A DNA stretch of 64,000 nt, taken from Bdellovibrionales bacterium (GTDB lineage: Bacteria; Bdellovibrionota; Bdellovibrionia; Bdellovibrionales; JAKFYE01). Below, in pieces: positions 1 to 7,732 of this stretch. The position numbers and the translations under genes are program-made. The notes beneath the pieces were generated by a model, which was given only the letters and a program-made list of their open reading frames with translations, was not told where the DNA came from and ran no database searches. The stretch's first letter is position 1. Every line of letters begins with the position of its first letter. The stretch is from contig OZ220494.1 in assembly GCA_965116215.1 (NCBI GenBank), positions 769,863 through 833,862 of the forward strand, given 5' to 3'.

Positions 1-448
1 CAATAGCTCCTTGTTCAATAATACTAAAGCCCTTTGATCCTGCCCCTGTATCCATAAATATCTCTTGAATATCTTTTAAACGAGAGGGTTGTTTGTTTAT
101 TAAATATTCTGATTCTCCATGCCTATGTAATCGACGAGTCACCATCAGCTCAGAACAGTTCATATATTTTACAGGAAATGGGCCACTATTATTTTCTAAA
201 ACAAGTGAAACTTCCGTCATCCCCGATGGAGCATAGGTTTCAGTTCCTCCAAAAATAACATCCTCCATAGAAGATCCACGAAGATGCTTTGCCGATTGCT
301 CTCCCATAACCCATTGAAGAGCATCCACAATATTGGACTTACCACAACCATTAGGCCCCACTATACCAGTTATTCCTGAGTCAAAATGGATAACAGTTCT
401 GTCTTTAAAAGATTTAAAACCAATAAGTTCTATTTTTTTAATTCTCAA
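1..448 (-). CDS. smc: Chromosome segregation protein SMC, N-terminal part (partial; continues beyond window start)
   Basis: My own minus-strand translation from TTG at 448 (GGAG lies 9 nt upstream) gives LRIKKIELIGFKSFKDRTVIHFDSGITGIVGPNGCGKSNIVDALQWVMGEQSAKHLRG. This is the typical SMC head with Walker A GPNGCGKS. The frame stays open to position 1. It is missing from the ORF track because no stop lies in the window. Confidence 0.85.
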   Translation of the reverse strand, partial: MRIKKIELIGFKSFKDRTVIHFDSGITGIVGPNGCGKSNIVDALQWVMGEQSAKHLRGSSMEDVIFGGTETYAPSGMTEVSLVLENNSGPFPVKYMNCSELMVTRRLHRHGESEYLINKQPSRLKDIQEIFMDTGAGSKGFSIIEQGAI

Positions 449-497
449 TCTATGACTCCAATCCTCGGGCTCAATAAATAATCCAGTTTTTTAGCTC

Positions 498-3152
498 TCA
501 ATATACTTCCTGTTTTGAAAGAGAAGCCTGGGCCGCTGCTAATCGCGCAATAGGAACACGGTAAGGAGAACAACTCACATAGTCTAGACCAACTTTATGG
601 AAAAACTCAACACTTGCTGGATCACCACCATGTTCTCCGCAAATTCCCAGCTTCAAAGCTTGTTTTTTCTTTCTACCTAGCTCAGAACCCATCTGAATGA
701 GCTGACCCACTCCAGATTGATCCAAGCTGACAAAGGGGTCTTTATCATAAATACCCTCAATAATATAATCTCGCAAAAATTTCCCTGCATCATCACGAGA
801 AATGCCCAGAGTCGTCTGTGTCAGATCATTTGTTCCAAAACTAAAAAAGTCAGCCACCTCTGCTATTTCATCTGCTCGCACAGCTGCTCTAGGAAGCTCA
901 ATCATAGTCCCAACAAGATATTTAAAACTCTGACCCCTCTCTTTCTGAACAGTTCTCATATTTTCTTCAATCTGTCCCCGTAACAACTCCAATTCCTTTT
1001 TATAACTCACAAGGGGAATCATAATTTCAGGTATTATTTTTTTTCCACTTCTTATAATCTCACATGCCGCTTCTGCAATAGCTCGAGTCTGCATCATATA
1101 AATCTCCGGATATGTGATCGCTAAACGACACCCTCTATGACCCAACATAGGATTAAATTCAAATAATTGACTCACTATTGACTTCATTTTTGCTAAAGAT
1201 AACCCTAAACGATCTGCCAGCTCTTCCATTTCTCTCTCTGTTTGAGGCAGAAATTCATGAAGTGGAGGATCAAAAAGACGAATCGTAACAGGTAAATCAT
1301 TCATGACTTCAAAAATTTCAAAAAAATCCTTCCTTTGCATGGGCAATAATTCATTAAGAACTTTAACTCTTTCTATCTTTGATTCTGCAATAATCATTTT
1401 ACGAACAACATCCACACGTTTCGGATCAAAAAACATATGTTCCGTACGACAAAGCCCAATTCCCTCTGCTCCAAAATTTTTAGCCACCAATACATCTCGA
1501 GAGTTATCTGCATTAGCTCGCACACTTAATCTTTTAAATTCATCTGCTAATTGCATAAGACGTTCAAAATAGTTATTCAAATTTGGCTCTACTGTCTTCA
1601 CCTCCCCATAGAGAACTTCTCCCGTTGTACCATCCAAAGTAATAATATCACCCTCTCTAATAACATATCCTTTTACCGTAAATTCTTTTTTCCCATATTC
1701 CACATGAATATCAGAACAACCCACGACACAGCACTTTCCCATACCTCGAGCCACAACAGCAGCATGAGATGTCATACCCCCACGAGTTGTAAGAATACCA
1801 GAAGCAACAACCATTCCACTAATATCCTCTGGCGAGGTCTCCATCCGAACAAGAATAATATTTTTATTTTTTTCTTTATAAATTTTTGCCTGCTCATTGC
1901 TGAAAACAACCTGTCCTACAGCAGCTCCCGGACTGGCCGGCAATCCTTTAACTAAAACCGTTTTTTCAACATTTGGATCTAAACACGGATGTAATAATTG
2001 GTCCAAAGACGATGGATCAACTCTCATAATAGCCTCTTCTTTAGTAATTAAACCCTCGTCCAACATATCACAGGCTATTTTAACAGCCGCTTGAGCTGTA
2101 CGCTGACCACTTCGTGTTTGAAGCATCCATAAACGCCCTTGCTCAATAGTAAATTCAATATCCTGCATATCTCTATAGTGAGCTTCAAGTTTCTTATAAA
2201 TATCTATAAGATCACTATAGGATTGAGGGAGTATATCCTCAAGAGAAGGACTTTTTCCATTCCTCATAATCGGGTGTGGGGTTCGGACACCAGAAACAAT
2301 ATCTTCTCCTTGAGCATTTATAAGAAACTCCCCAAAAAATGTTTTCTCTCCAGTAGATGGATCACGTGTAAAAGCCACACCTGTAGCGCAATCCTCTCCC
2401 ATATTCCCGAAAACCATAGATTGTACATTCACAGCCGTACCCCAATCACTGGAAATTCCATGAACTTGCCGGTACATTTTCGCCCTAGGAGTATTCCAAC
2501 TTTTAAAAACAGCAGAAATAGCTCCCCAAAGTTGTTCCATAGGATCTGTTGGAAATTTTATACCCAAAGATCTCAATATCTGTTTTTTAAATTTTCCAAC
2601 AAGAACTTTCAGCTGATCTGCCGTTAAATCAGAATCTGATTTAACATTTTCTGCATCTTTAAAATCTTCCAGTGTCACCCCAAGAAGAGATCCATTCATA
2701 CCCAAAACAATACTGGAATACATTTGAATAAATCGACGGTATGTATCCCAAGCAAAAGATTCATTTTTAGTTTTCTCTGCTAGCCCCTCAGAAATGTCTT
2801 CATTGAGTCCCAAATTTAAAATAGTATCCATCATTCCCGGCATACTCACTCTGGCACCAGAGCGCACACTCACCAACAATGGATTTGATGGATCTCCAAA
2901 TTTTTTTTCTAATATATTCTCCATCTTTTTTAAGGCATTTAAAATATCTGTTTTCACGCTCTCAGGTAATTGACAGCCCTCTCTATAATAAAGAGAGCAG
3001 ATATCCGTTGTAATGGTAAATCCCGGAGGAACAGGTATCCCCAGCATCGACATCTCTGCAAGAGAAGCCCCTTTACTACCTAACTCATTCCTCATCTCCT
3101 GATGACCTTCAGCTTCTTTAGCCCCAAAAAAATAAACCGACTTCTTATCCAT
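498..3152 (-). CDS. ppdK: Pyruvate, phosphate dikinase
   Basis: 884 aa. It has the phosphohistidine region GGMTSHAAVVARGMGK, a PEP-utilizing C-terminal TIM-barrel region (FFSFGTNDLTQ) and an N-terminal ATP-grasp region. Confidence 0.95.
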   Translation of the reverse strand: MDKKSVYFFGAKEAEGHQEMRNELGSKGASLAEMSMLGIPVPPGFTITTDICSLYYREGCQLPESVKTDILNALKKMENILEKKFGDPSNPLLVSVRSGARVSMPGMMDTILNLGLNEDISEGLAEKTKNESFAWDTYRRFIQMYSSIVLGMNGSLLGVTLEDFKDAENVKSDSDLTADQLKVLVGKFKKQILRSLGIKFPTDPMEQLWGAISAVFKSWNTPRAKMYRQVHGISSDWGTAVNVQSMVFGNMGEDCATGVAFTRDPSTGEKTFFGEFLINAQGEDIVSGVRTPHPIMRNGKSPSLEDILPQSYSDLIDIYKKLEAHYRDMQDIEFTIEQGRLWMLQTRSGQRTAQAAVKIACDMLDEGLITKEEAIMRVDPSSLDQLLHPCLDPNVEKTVLVKGLPASPGAAVGQVVFSNEQAKIYKEKNKNIILVRMETSPEDISGMVVASGILTTRGGMTSHAAVVARGMGKCCVVGCSDIHVEYGKKEFTVKGYVIREGDIITLDGTTGEVLYGEVKTVEPNLNNYFERLMQLADEFKRLSVRANADNSRDVLVAKNFGAEGIGLCRTEHMFFDPKRVDVVRKMIIAESKIERVKVLNELLPMQRKDFFEIFEVMNDLPVTIRLFDPPLHEFLPQTEREMEELADRLGLSLAKMKSIVSQLFEFNPMLGHRGCRLAITYPEIYMMQTRAIAEAACEIIRSGKKIIPEIMIPLVSYKKELELLRGQIEENMRTVQKERGQSFKYLVGTMIELPRAAVRADEIAEVADFFSFGTNDLTQTTLGISRDDAGKFLRDYIIEGIYDKDPFVSLDQSGVGQLIQMGSELGRKKKQALKLGICGEHGGDPASVEFFHKVGLDYVSCSPYRVPIARLAAAQASLSKQEVY

Positions 3153-3177
3153 ATCCTAAACTCATTCTCTCCACAAT

Positions 3178-4518
3178 TTATCCTTTGAACATTTCAAAAG
3201 TTTTTAAATGATCGTCTATATAACTTTTTAACCGACTGACAGTAATCCGATCTTGCGCCATCGTATCCCTATGTCTTATAGTGACACTTTGATCTTCTAA
3301 AGAATCAAAGTCCACAGTGACACAAAAAGGTGTTCCAATCTCATCCTGTCTTCTATATCGCTTACCAATACTTCCTGTCTCATCATATTGAACGCTGAAA
3401 GATTCTCTCAAATCATCATGAATATTCATTGCCAAGGTCATCAATTGTGGCTTTTTTGATAATGGTAATACAGCCACTTTGAGAGGAGAAAGATCGGGAT
3501 GTAGTCCCAAGACCACTCGTCTGTCCTCTTTCTCCTTATTTAAAATCTCTACACGATAAGCATCACATAATGCAGCTAAGACAGTTCTATCACAACCTGC
3601 CGCTGTTTCGATAACATAGGGAGTAAATCTCTCCTGTGTGGCACTTTCAAAATATTCTAACTTTTTTCCAGAAAACTTTTGGTGCTGTTTTAAATCAAAG
3701 TCTGTTCTATTATGAATTCCTTCAATCTCAAGCCATCCAATAGGAAATCGATATTGAATATCAAAAGCCAATTTTGCATAATGTGCTTTTTCGTCTGATC
3801 CATGTTCATAAAATTTTAAATTCTCAGAACGAAAACCCAATTTAGAGTAATACGCTTTACGTGCCTCTTTCCACTGTTCCATATATACTTCATCTTCACC
3901 TGGTTTAACAAAGTATTGCATCTCCATTTGCTCAAATTCACGTGTTCTAAAAATAAAATTTCCAGGAGTAATTTCATTTCTAAAACTCTTGCCCACTTGA
4001 GCAATTCCAAATGGAATTTTCTTTCGCATAGAGGATTGCACATTTTCATAGTTAACAAAAATACCTTGAGCTGTTTCAGGGCGCAAATAAACGGTATTTG
4101 CAGAATCTTCAACAGCTCCCATAAATGTTTTAAACATTAAATTAAACTGTCTGGGTTCAGAAAATTCAAGTCCTCCACAGCCTTCACAAGGAGTCTTTGC
4201 ATCCCTTTCATCTTCTCTAAATCTCAAGTGACACTTCAAACATTCGACAAGGGGATCTGAAAAACTCTCTAAATGACCCGAGGCCTTCCAAACAACAGGA
4301 TCCATTAATATAGCAGCGTCTAAGCCCACAATATCATGTCGACATGTCATTGCTTTCCACCAACATGTCTTTACATTTAATTTCAAGTCTACACCTAACG
4401 GTCCATAGTCCCAACACGCATTCAATCCACCATAGATCTCACTGCTTTGAAAAATAAATCCCCTTTGCTTACAAAGAGAAATAAGTGTTTGTAAATTTTT
4501 AAGTCTTTCAATTTTCAT
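3178..4518 (-). CDS. glyQS: Glycine--tRNA ligase (dimeric class II GlyQS type)
   Basis: [42 protein letters not shown] matches the usual GlyRS N-terminus, and [15 protein letters not shown] is present. I placed the start at ATG 4518 rather than the long-ORF start at 4698, because the upstream 60 codons overlap a better-supported gene in another frame. Confidence 0.9.
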   Translation of the reverse strand: MKIERLKNLQTLISLCKQRGFIFQSSEIYGGLNACWDYGPLGVDLKLNVKTCWWKAMTCRHDIVGLDAAILMDPVVWKASGHLESFSDPLVECLKCHLRFREDERDAKTPCEGCGGLEFSEPRQFNLMFKTFMGAVEDSANTVYLRPETAQGIFVNYENVQSSMRKKIPFGIAQVGKSFRNEITPGNFIFRTREFEQMEMQYFVKPGEDEVYMEQWKEARKAYYSKLGFRSENLKFYEHGSDEKAHYAKLAFDIQYRFPIGWLEIEGIHNRTDFDLKQHQKFSGKKLEYFESATQERFTPYVIETAAGCDRTVLAALCDAYRVEILNKEKEDRRVVLGLHPDLSPLKVAVLPLSKKPQLMTLAMNIHDDLRESFSVQYDETGSIGKRYRRQDEIGTPFCVTVDFDSLEDQSVTIRHRDTMAQDRITVSRLKSYIDDHLKTFEMFKG

Positions 4519-4912
4519 CCGTTTTTTTCCTTTGATCTTTAATAGCTTGATAGGCCTGTTGATAAAATGCTCGAGAGCCTTTCTCTGCGGATGTATGTAA
4601 TCTATTAAAAGCCACTTGAACATCTTCAAAGGAAGCTCCGGCTGGCACTCCCAGTACTTCATAAGCGTCCCAATGACAATTATTGTAACGAAAGACAAGA
4701 TTCACATCGCGAACATTTCCCGTTGCAGAAGATTTTGTGTCACTTAAGATAACATCATTATCAGAGCGTTGCCGTGCTGATGAAGGCTGTGAAAGATGAA
4801 GACGTGTTGGTCTTTCTCTCCTCCTCAATGCCATAAAGTAAATAACAAGCAACGTGACAATCCCTAAATTAAGAAGTATGAACTGTTTTGCCGTCACGAA
4901 TGCATTATCCAT
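4508..4912 (-). CDS. Membrane-anchored J-domain-like protein lacking the HPD motif
   Basis: An N-terminal TM helix ([19 protein letters not shown]) is followed by [25 protein letters not shown], which resembles J-domain helices I-II. No His-Pro-Asp tripeptide is present. The gene overlaps the glyQS start by 11 nt. Confidence 0.55.
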   Translation of the reverse strand: MDNAFVTAKQFILLNLGIVTLLVIYFMALRRRERPTRLHLSQPSSARQRSDNDVILSDTKSSATGNVRDVNLVFRYNNCHWDAYEVLGVPAGASFEDVQVAFNRLHTSAEKGSRAFYQQAYQAIKDQRKKTDEN

Positions 4913-4947
4913 AGAAAGTTTCTTGATTTCAAGAAAAGGGTATCATT

Positions 4948-5760
4948 ATGGAAAATATAAATCACCCTGGACACCAATCTTATCCTATTGATGGGGTGAA
5001 AAACATTATTGCTGTCAGCTCAGGAAAGGGTGGTGTGGGCAAAAGCACAATCACTACGCAATTAGCCACAGCTCTTCAGCAAAAGGGACTGAGCATTGGA
5101 GTTTTAGACTGTGATATCTACGGCCCGAGCATCCCTCGTCTATTTGGAATTTCGAATCAAAAACCCGAGTTCAATGAGTTTCGCAAACTCGAACCTATAA
5201 GAAAATATGGAGTGGTAACAATGTCCATGGGTTATCTGATAAACGAAGACACAGCTCTTATTTGGCGCGGCCCCATGCTCTTTAAAGCCATTGAACAGTT
5301 TTTAAGAGACGTTATGTGGGGTGAATTGGATATATTGCTTATTGATCTTCCTCCGGGAACTGGTGATGTACAATTAACAATTGCCCAAAAGGTCCCTCTT
5401 TCTGGGGCCTTGGTCATTACAACCCCTCAAAATCTTTCTCTTATTGACGTTCAAAAATCCATTGATATGTTCCAGCGTTTAAATATTTCAATTCTTGGCA
5501 TTATTGAAAATATGTCTTGTTTTCAATCAGAAGATGGGAAAATACACCCTCTATTTCCAAAGGGGGACCTGAATAAGTACCTACAAAAAGAAAAAATTAA
5601 AAAACTAGCCAGTCTTCCCTTTTCTATAAAAATAGCCCATTCTTCAGAATGCGGTATTCCTTTATCCATAACTGAACCCGATAGTCATGAAGTAAAACCT
5701 CTTTCAAAAATAGCCTCAGAGATCATAGAAAATGTCTGTTTAAAAACTAGCCCACAATAA
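4948..5760 (+). CDS. mrp: Mrp/ApbC/NBP35-family P-loop ATPase
   Basis: It has the deviant Walker A SSGKGGVGKST and DLPPGTGD. The usual CxxC after ENMS is absent here (ENMSCFQSEDGK). Confidence 0.85.
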   Translation: MENINHPGHQSYPIDGVKNIIAVSSGKGGVGKSTITTQLATALQQKGLSIGVLDCDIYGPSIPRLFGISNQKPEFNEFRKLEPIRKYGVVTMSMGYLINEDTALIWRGPMLFKAIEQFLRDVMWGELDILLIDLPPGTGDVQLTIAQKVPLSGALVITTPQNLSLIDVQKSIDMFQRLNISILGIIENMSCFQSEDGKIHPLFPKGDLNKYLQKEKIKKLASLPFSIKIAHSSECGIPLSITEPDSHEVKPLSKIASEIIENVCLKTSPQ

Positions 5761-5821
5761 GACCTCGCCCTCATTTGAACTTTAACACTTTATATCTACA
5801 AGAAGGGGATCGGGGGAGGAC

Positions 5822-6004
5822 AGAGTTTTTCTTAAGGATTTCAAAACGAGTTCTCTGAGGCACAGGGCGTATTCGTGGAGAGATCGTTTATTCTATACTT
5901 GACTGCATCGAGCATTATCTAGCCAAGGCTTTTAGGCTGCGCCACGAGCTGCGGACCCTCAGAGCTGTTTGAGATTTTGGAATCCCTTAAGAATGATTTG
6001 CACC
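5822..6004. repeat. MITE-like inverted-repeat element, full form (arms plus core)
   Basis: The left arm AGAGTTTTTCTTAAGGATTTCAAAACGAGTT.TCTGAGGC.CAGGGCGTAT is the reverse complement of the right arm ...CCTCAGAG.TGTTTGAGATTTTGGAATCC.TTAAGAA. A roughly 60-nt core lies between them. The same family occurs at 35.4 kb and 38.2-38.7 kb. Confidence 0.8.
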
Positions 6005-6024
6005 ATTGAGAGAGAATGGTAGAA

Positions 6025-6141
6025 AGAGTTTTTCTTAAGGATTTCAAAACGAGTTTTCTGAGGCGCAGGGCGTATTTCGAAGAAAGACGAGCTGCGGACC
6101 TCAGAGTTGTTTGAGCTTTTGGAATCCTTAAGAAAAACTCT
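6025..6141. repeat. MITE-like element, short form (arms only, long imperfect hairpin)
   Basis: AGAGTTTTTCTTAAGGATTTCAAAACGAGTTTTCTGAGGCGCAG...CTGCGGACCTCAGAGTTGTTTGAGCTTTTGGAATCCTTAAGAAAAACTCT. The two halves are nearly perfect reverse complements. Confidence 0.8.
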
Positions 6142-6185
6142 TTCGTACTTATCCTCTTACAAAGCAAATTTCAAAGAAAAACAAA

Positions 6186-6242
6186 CTTATTCTATCCTTG
6201 ATTGTATCAAGCTCTACTCAGCCAAGGCTTTTAGGCTGCAGC
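6186..6242. repeat. Solitary core module of the repeat family
   Basis: CTTATTCTATCCTTGATTGTATCAAGCTCTACTCAGCCAAGGCTTTTAGGCTGCAGC matches the core of the element at 5880-5945. It contains the palindrome CTTGAT-TGT-ATCAAG. Confidence 0.7.
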
Positions 6243-6249
6243 ATAAACA

Positions 6250-7629
6250 TCAGTCTGGAATAATCAATCTTTGACCAATTAAAATACGGCCTTGATAACG
6301 GATATTGTTTACTTTTACCAGCTGAGAGATTGTTGTTTTATATCTCTTTGCAATATAGATTAACGTATCTCCACGCCGTACAACATGTGTCCTAGACGCT
6401 GATGTTGTTGACCGTTGAGGTCTCCTTCTATTCACCTGTTGAAGAATTTTTCCTGGAATCTTTAATCTCTGACCATAACGAATAAGACTTCGTCTCCCCA
6501 TATTATTCGCTTGCCTTAAGGCATTAATAGATGTTCCAAACCTTCGCGCTATACCGTAAAGTGTATCTCCACGCCGCACCCTATATGTTTTAGAACCCCG
6601 ACTCACTATAAAACGCATTTTTTGAGCATAACTTTTTTCCAAAGCTGCGTAGGCAATTGGCCCCTTTCCCTTAGGAACACGGATCACCACTTGTCCATTT
6701 TTATAATTAGGTGCGTATGTGCCTTTAAATATGGGATTCAAAGCCTTAAAGTCAGAATACGAAACTCCCAAGTTCCTCGCAAAAACTTTCATATTTACGG
6801 GCTTTTTAGAAATAACCTTGTCAAACTCAAATGGGGTTTGAAATTCAACATAACCAAACCCGTATTTATCAGGGTTCTTAGCTATCAGAGTTGCAGCAAT
6901 AAATTTAGGTACATAATCTGCTGTTTCTCTAGGAAGTCGTTTAGACTTTGCTAGTGTCCAAAAATCCCTTGTATGATACTTCATAACAAGATTTTTAATT
7001 CTATTCTCCCCTACATTATAAGAAGCAATAGCTAAATACCAAGAACCGAACAAATTATATAATCCGCTTAAATATCTAGAAGCAGCAACTGTGGAGTAAA
7101 TAGGGTCACGTCGTTCATCAACATAGGGATTAATTTTTAAATCATAACGTCTTCCTGTCCCACGAATAAATTGCCAGTACCCCACAGCTCCAGCACGACT
7201 CGTTGCTCGCGAATTAAATCCTGATTCAATAAGAGCTATATATAATAAATCCTCTGGTAATTTATGATCTCTCAAAACTTTCTTCATCAAGTTTTCATAT
7301 CTGGGCATTCTGGAGAGATAACGCTCCATATGCTTTCTGCCACGATTTTGGAAATAATTGAGCCACTCTTTAACCTTCTCATTATAAGCTGAAGGAATTT
7401 TTCCATAAGCTGTATCTACCGAGTCTGACTCCTTAGAATTTAATTCCCTAGAGTTTGACTCCTTTGTTAAAGATGACGGCAATTTTTTTGATGCCACTTC
7501 GGTCTTTAGTGGCGCATTCTCATCCGTTATTTTGCTCTGAGGGACTGTATATTTTTGAGAATTATCCCGACCAAGATGAGTACAAGCCATAGAAAAAGGT
7601 AATAAAAATAAAATGAACAATAATTTCAT
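6250..7629 (-). CDS. mltD: MltD-like lytic murein transglycosylase lipoprotein (SLT domain plus two LysM domains)
   Basis: It has a lipobox FSMAC, the SLT catalytic region IALIESGFNSRATSRAGAVGYWQF, and two C-terminal LysM repeats (YRVRRGDTLYGIARRFG; HVVRRGDTLIYIAKRYK). Confidence 0.85.
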   Translation of the reverse strand: MKLLFILFLLPFSMACTHLGRDNSQKYTVPQSKITDENAPLKTEVASKKLPSSLTKESNSRELNSKESDSVDTAYGKIPSAYNEKVKEWLNYFQNRGRKHMERYLSRMPRYENLMKKVLRDHKLPEDLLYIALIESGFNSRATSRAGAVGYWQFIRGTGRRYDLKINPYVDERRDPIYSTVAASRYLSGLYNLFGSWYLAIASYNVGENRIKNLVMKYHTRDFWTLAKSKRLPRETADYVPKFIAATLIAKNPDKYGFGYVEFQTPFEFDKVISKKPVNMKVFARNLGVSYSDFKALNPIFKGTYAPNYKNGQVVIRVPKGKGPIAYAALEKSYAQKMRFIVSRGSKTYRVRRGDTLYGIARRFGTSINALRQANNMGRRSLIRYGQRLKIPGKILQQVNRRRPQRSTTSASRTHVVRRGDTLIYIAKRYKTTISQLVKVNNIRYQGRILIGQRLIIPD

Positions 7630-7732
7630 AGATTCTCCTTACCTTTTCTCATAACAACACAATACCCTAATTAAAAACACAGCCATTCATTTTTGATCGA
7701 CTTGTATCACCAATATCTTAACACACTTTAAA

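Noticed and set aside
717-2627. Five plus-strand ORFs (65-162 aa) antisense to ppdK
   Set aside because: They lie entirely inside a high-confidence 884-aa gene. Their translations are low-complexity (S/I/F/N-rich) with no motifs, which is typical of shadow ORFs.
4519-4698. 60-codon N-terminal extension of the glyQS ORF
   Set aside because: The extension does not resemble GlyRS. The conserved N-terminus begins at the Met at 4518, and the region is better explained by the other-frame J-like gene.
5919-6167. 82-aa ORF in the repeat region, and likewise 38168-38365(+) and 38249-38485(-)
   Set aside because: These ORFs are built from the inverted-repeat elements. The same DNA is open on both strands and recurs as noncoding repeats elsewhere.
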